Assembly: GCF_021028975.2 (NCBI RefSeq)
Contig: NC_059427.1
Coordinates: forward strand, 128,898,001 to 128,962,000
Direction of reading: 5' to 3'
Length of the DNA stretch: 64,000 nt
From: Sphaerodactylus townsendi
Taxonomy: Eukaryota
Shown here: positions 63,143 through 64,000 of the stretch, in pieces
How the letters are laid out: each line of letters begins with the position of its first letter
Position numbering within the stretch: the stretch's first letter is position 1
Made by a program: the position numbers and the translations under genes
The notes under the pieces: model-generated
Told to the model about the DNA's origin: nothing
The model's input: the letters and a program-made list of their open reading frames with translations, nothing else
The model's database searches: none

Positions 63143-63841
63143 ACGATTCATTTTTGGCAACAGAATAGGGGTTAGTTGGAGTTCATAGTAAAACTTGAGA
63201 AAGAGTAACAAGTATAAATGAGACCAAAAAAGAGAGTTCTGGAAAGATGGCCCCTGAAGCAGATGGAGCTTCTTGGAGCTCTCTGACACACACTACTGAA
63301 AGGGGCCATCATTGGCACAACAGCAGACAGGGTCTGACTCTGGCCTCCCCAGGAACTCTGGGGACCTTTAATTCAACAAGTGAATCAGTTTGGGTTCCTT
63401 TTTGATCCACTAGCTTGGATAAAATCGAGGATAAAAAGCAGCCTCTCCACCTTCTCACGCCCTTCTTCCCGTTTCCTACTTTCATTTTCTTTGGGTATTT
63501 AATTTACTTTTGGGCTGTTTGTAAGTTTCTTATTATTATTACGTTTCTTTTTTTACTGGATCTGTGGCATGATTTGTAATCTACTGAAGGATTACAAATT
63601 GTTTATCTAACTAGAAGTTTTCCTACAGTATACTGATTATTGCAGAGCCATGTGATTTTTCTTTTTCTTTTTCTAAATATTTTCCTTTTATTATCATATT
63701 TAGTGGGTTATTATATTATCATATTTAGTGGGGGGGAAATTAAAAAGAGAGAGGCCAAAACCAGGGAAAAGCTAATTGGAATATCCTCCCAAAGGCAGAA
63801 CAAAACGCAGTGAGATGCTGCTATGTGTTGGTTGGAAACTA

Positions 63842-64000
63842 CCATATATACTCACGCATAAGCCGAGTTCTTCAGCCCATTTTCCGGGCTGAAAAATGCC
63901 CCCCTTGGCTTATACGCAAGTCACGGAGGCTGCCCAGTTGGCTGGGGAAGAGGGGAGATCTTCCCTTCTTCCCCAGCCAGCTGAGAGACCTCCATACAAG
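63842..64000. mobile_element. Tc1/mariner (Tc2-like) element, left end
   Basis: TA followed by ccatatatactcacgcataagccgag...ggcttatacgc; runs off the window. Confidence 0.6.

Overview
Vertebrate genomic DNA. The repeat content (Sauria SINE, 5S/tRNA SINEs, CR1, L2, L1, SPIN and other DNA-transposon MITEs) points to a squamate reptile, probably a gecko; the taxon is an inference. Three spliced protein-coding genes lie head-to-tail on the minus strand. (1) The 5' and central part of FAAP100: CpG-island promoter at about 15.9-16.6 kb and six coding exons from 15816 down to 197, continuing off the left edge. (2) A small gene the ORF track misses because it is spliced (coding exons 24583-24484, 23370-23241, 22610-22352). 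It encodes a 162-aa protein with a signal peptide, a KPKR site, a five-heptad coiled coil and a basic Pro-rich tail, and sits where, from memory, human has no coding gene between FAAP100 and NPLOC4. This is the most interesting object in the window. (3) The last seven coding exons of NPLOC4 (61519 to stop at 32211). Other points: two GC-AG introns, exons starting with donor-like AG|GT motifs, decayed Penelope hammerhead ribozymes, a near-perfect 156-bp intronic inverted repeat, a half-deleted palindromic MITE keeping both TSDs, and a triplication that looks like an assembly artefact. Exon and TSD coordinates were read by eye, repeat boundaries are approximate, and no database searches were run.
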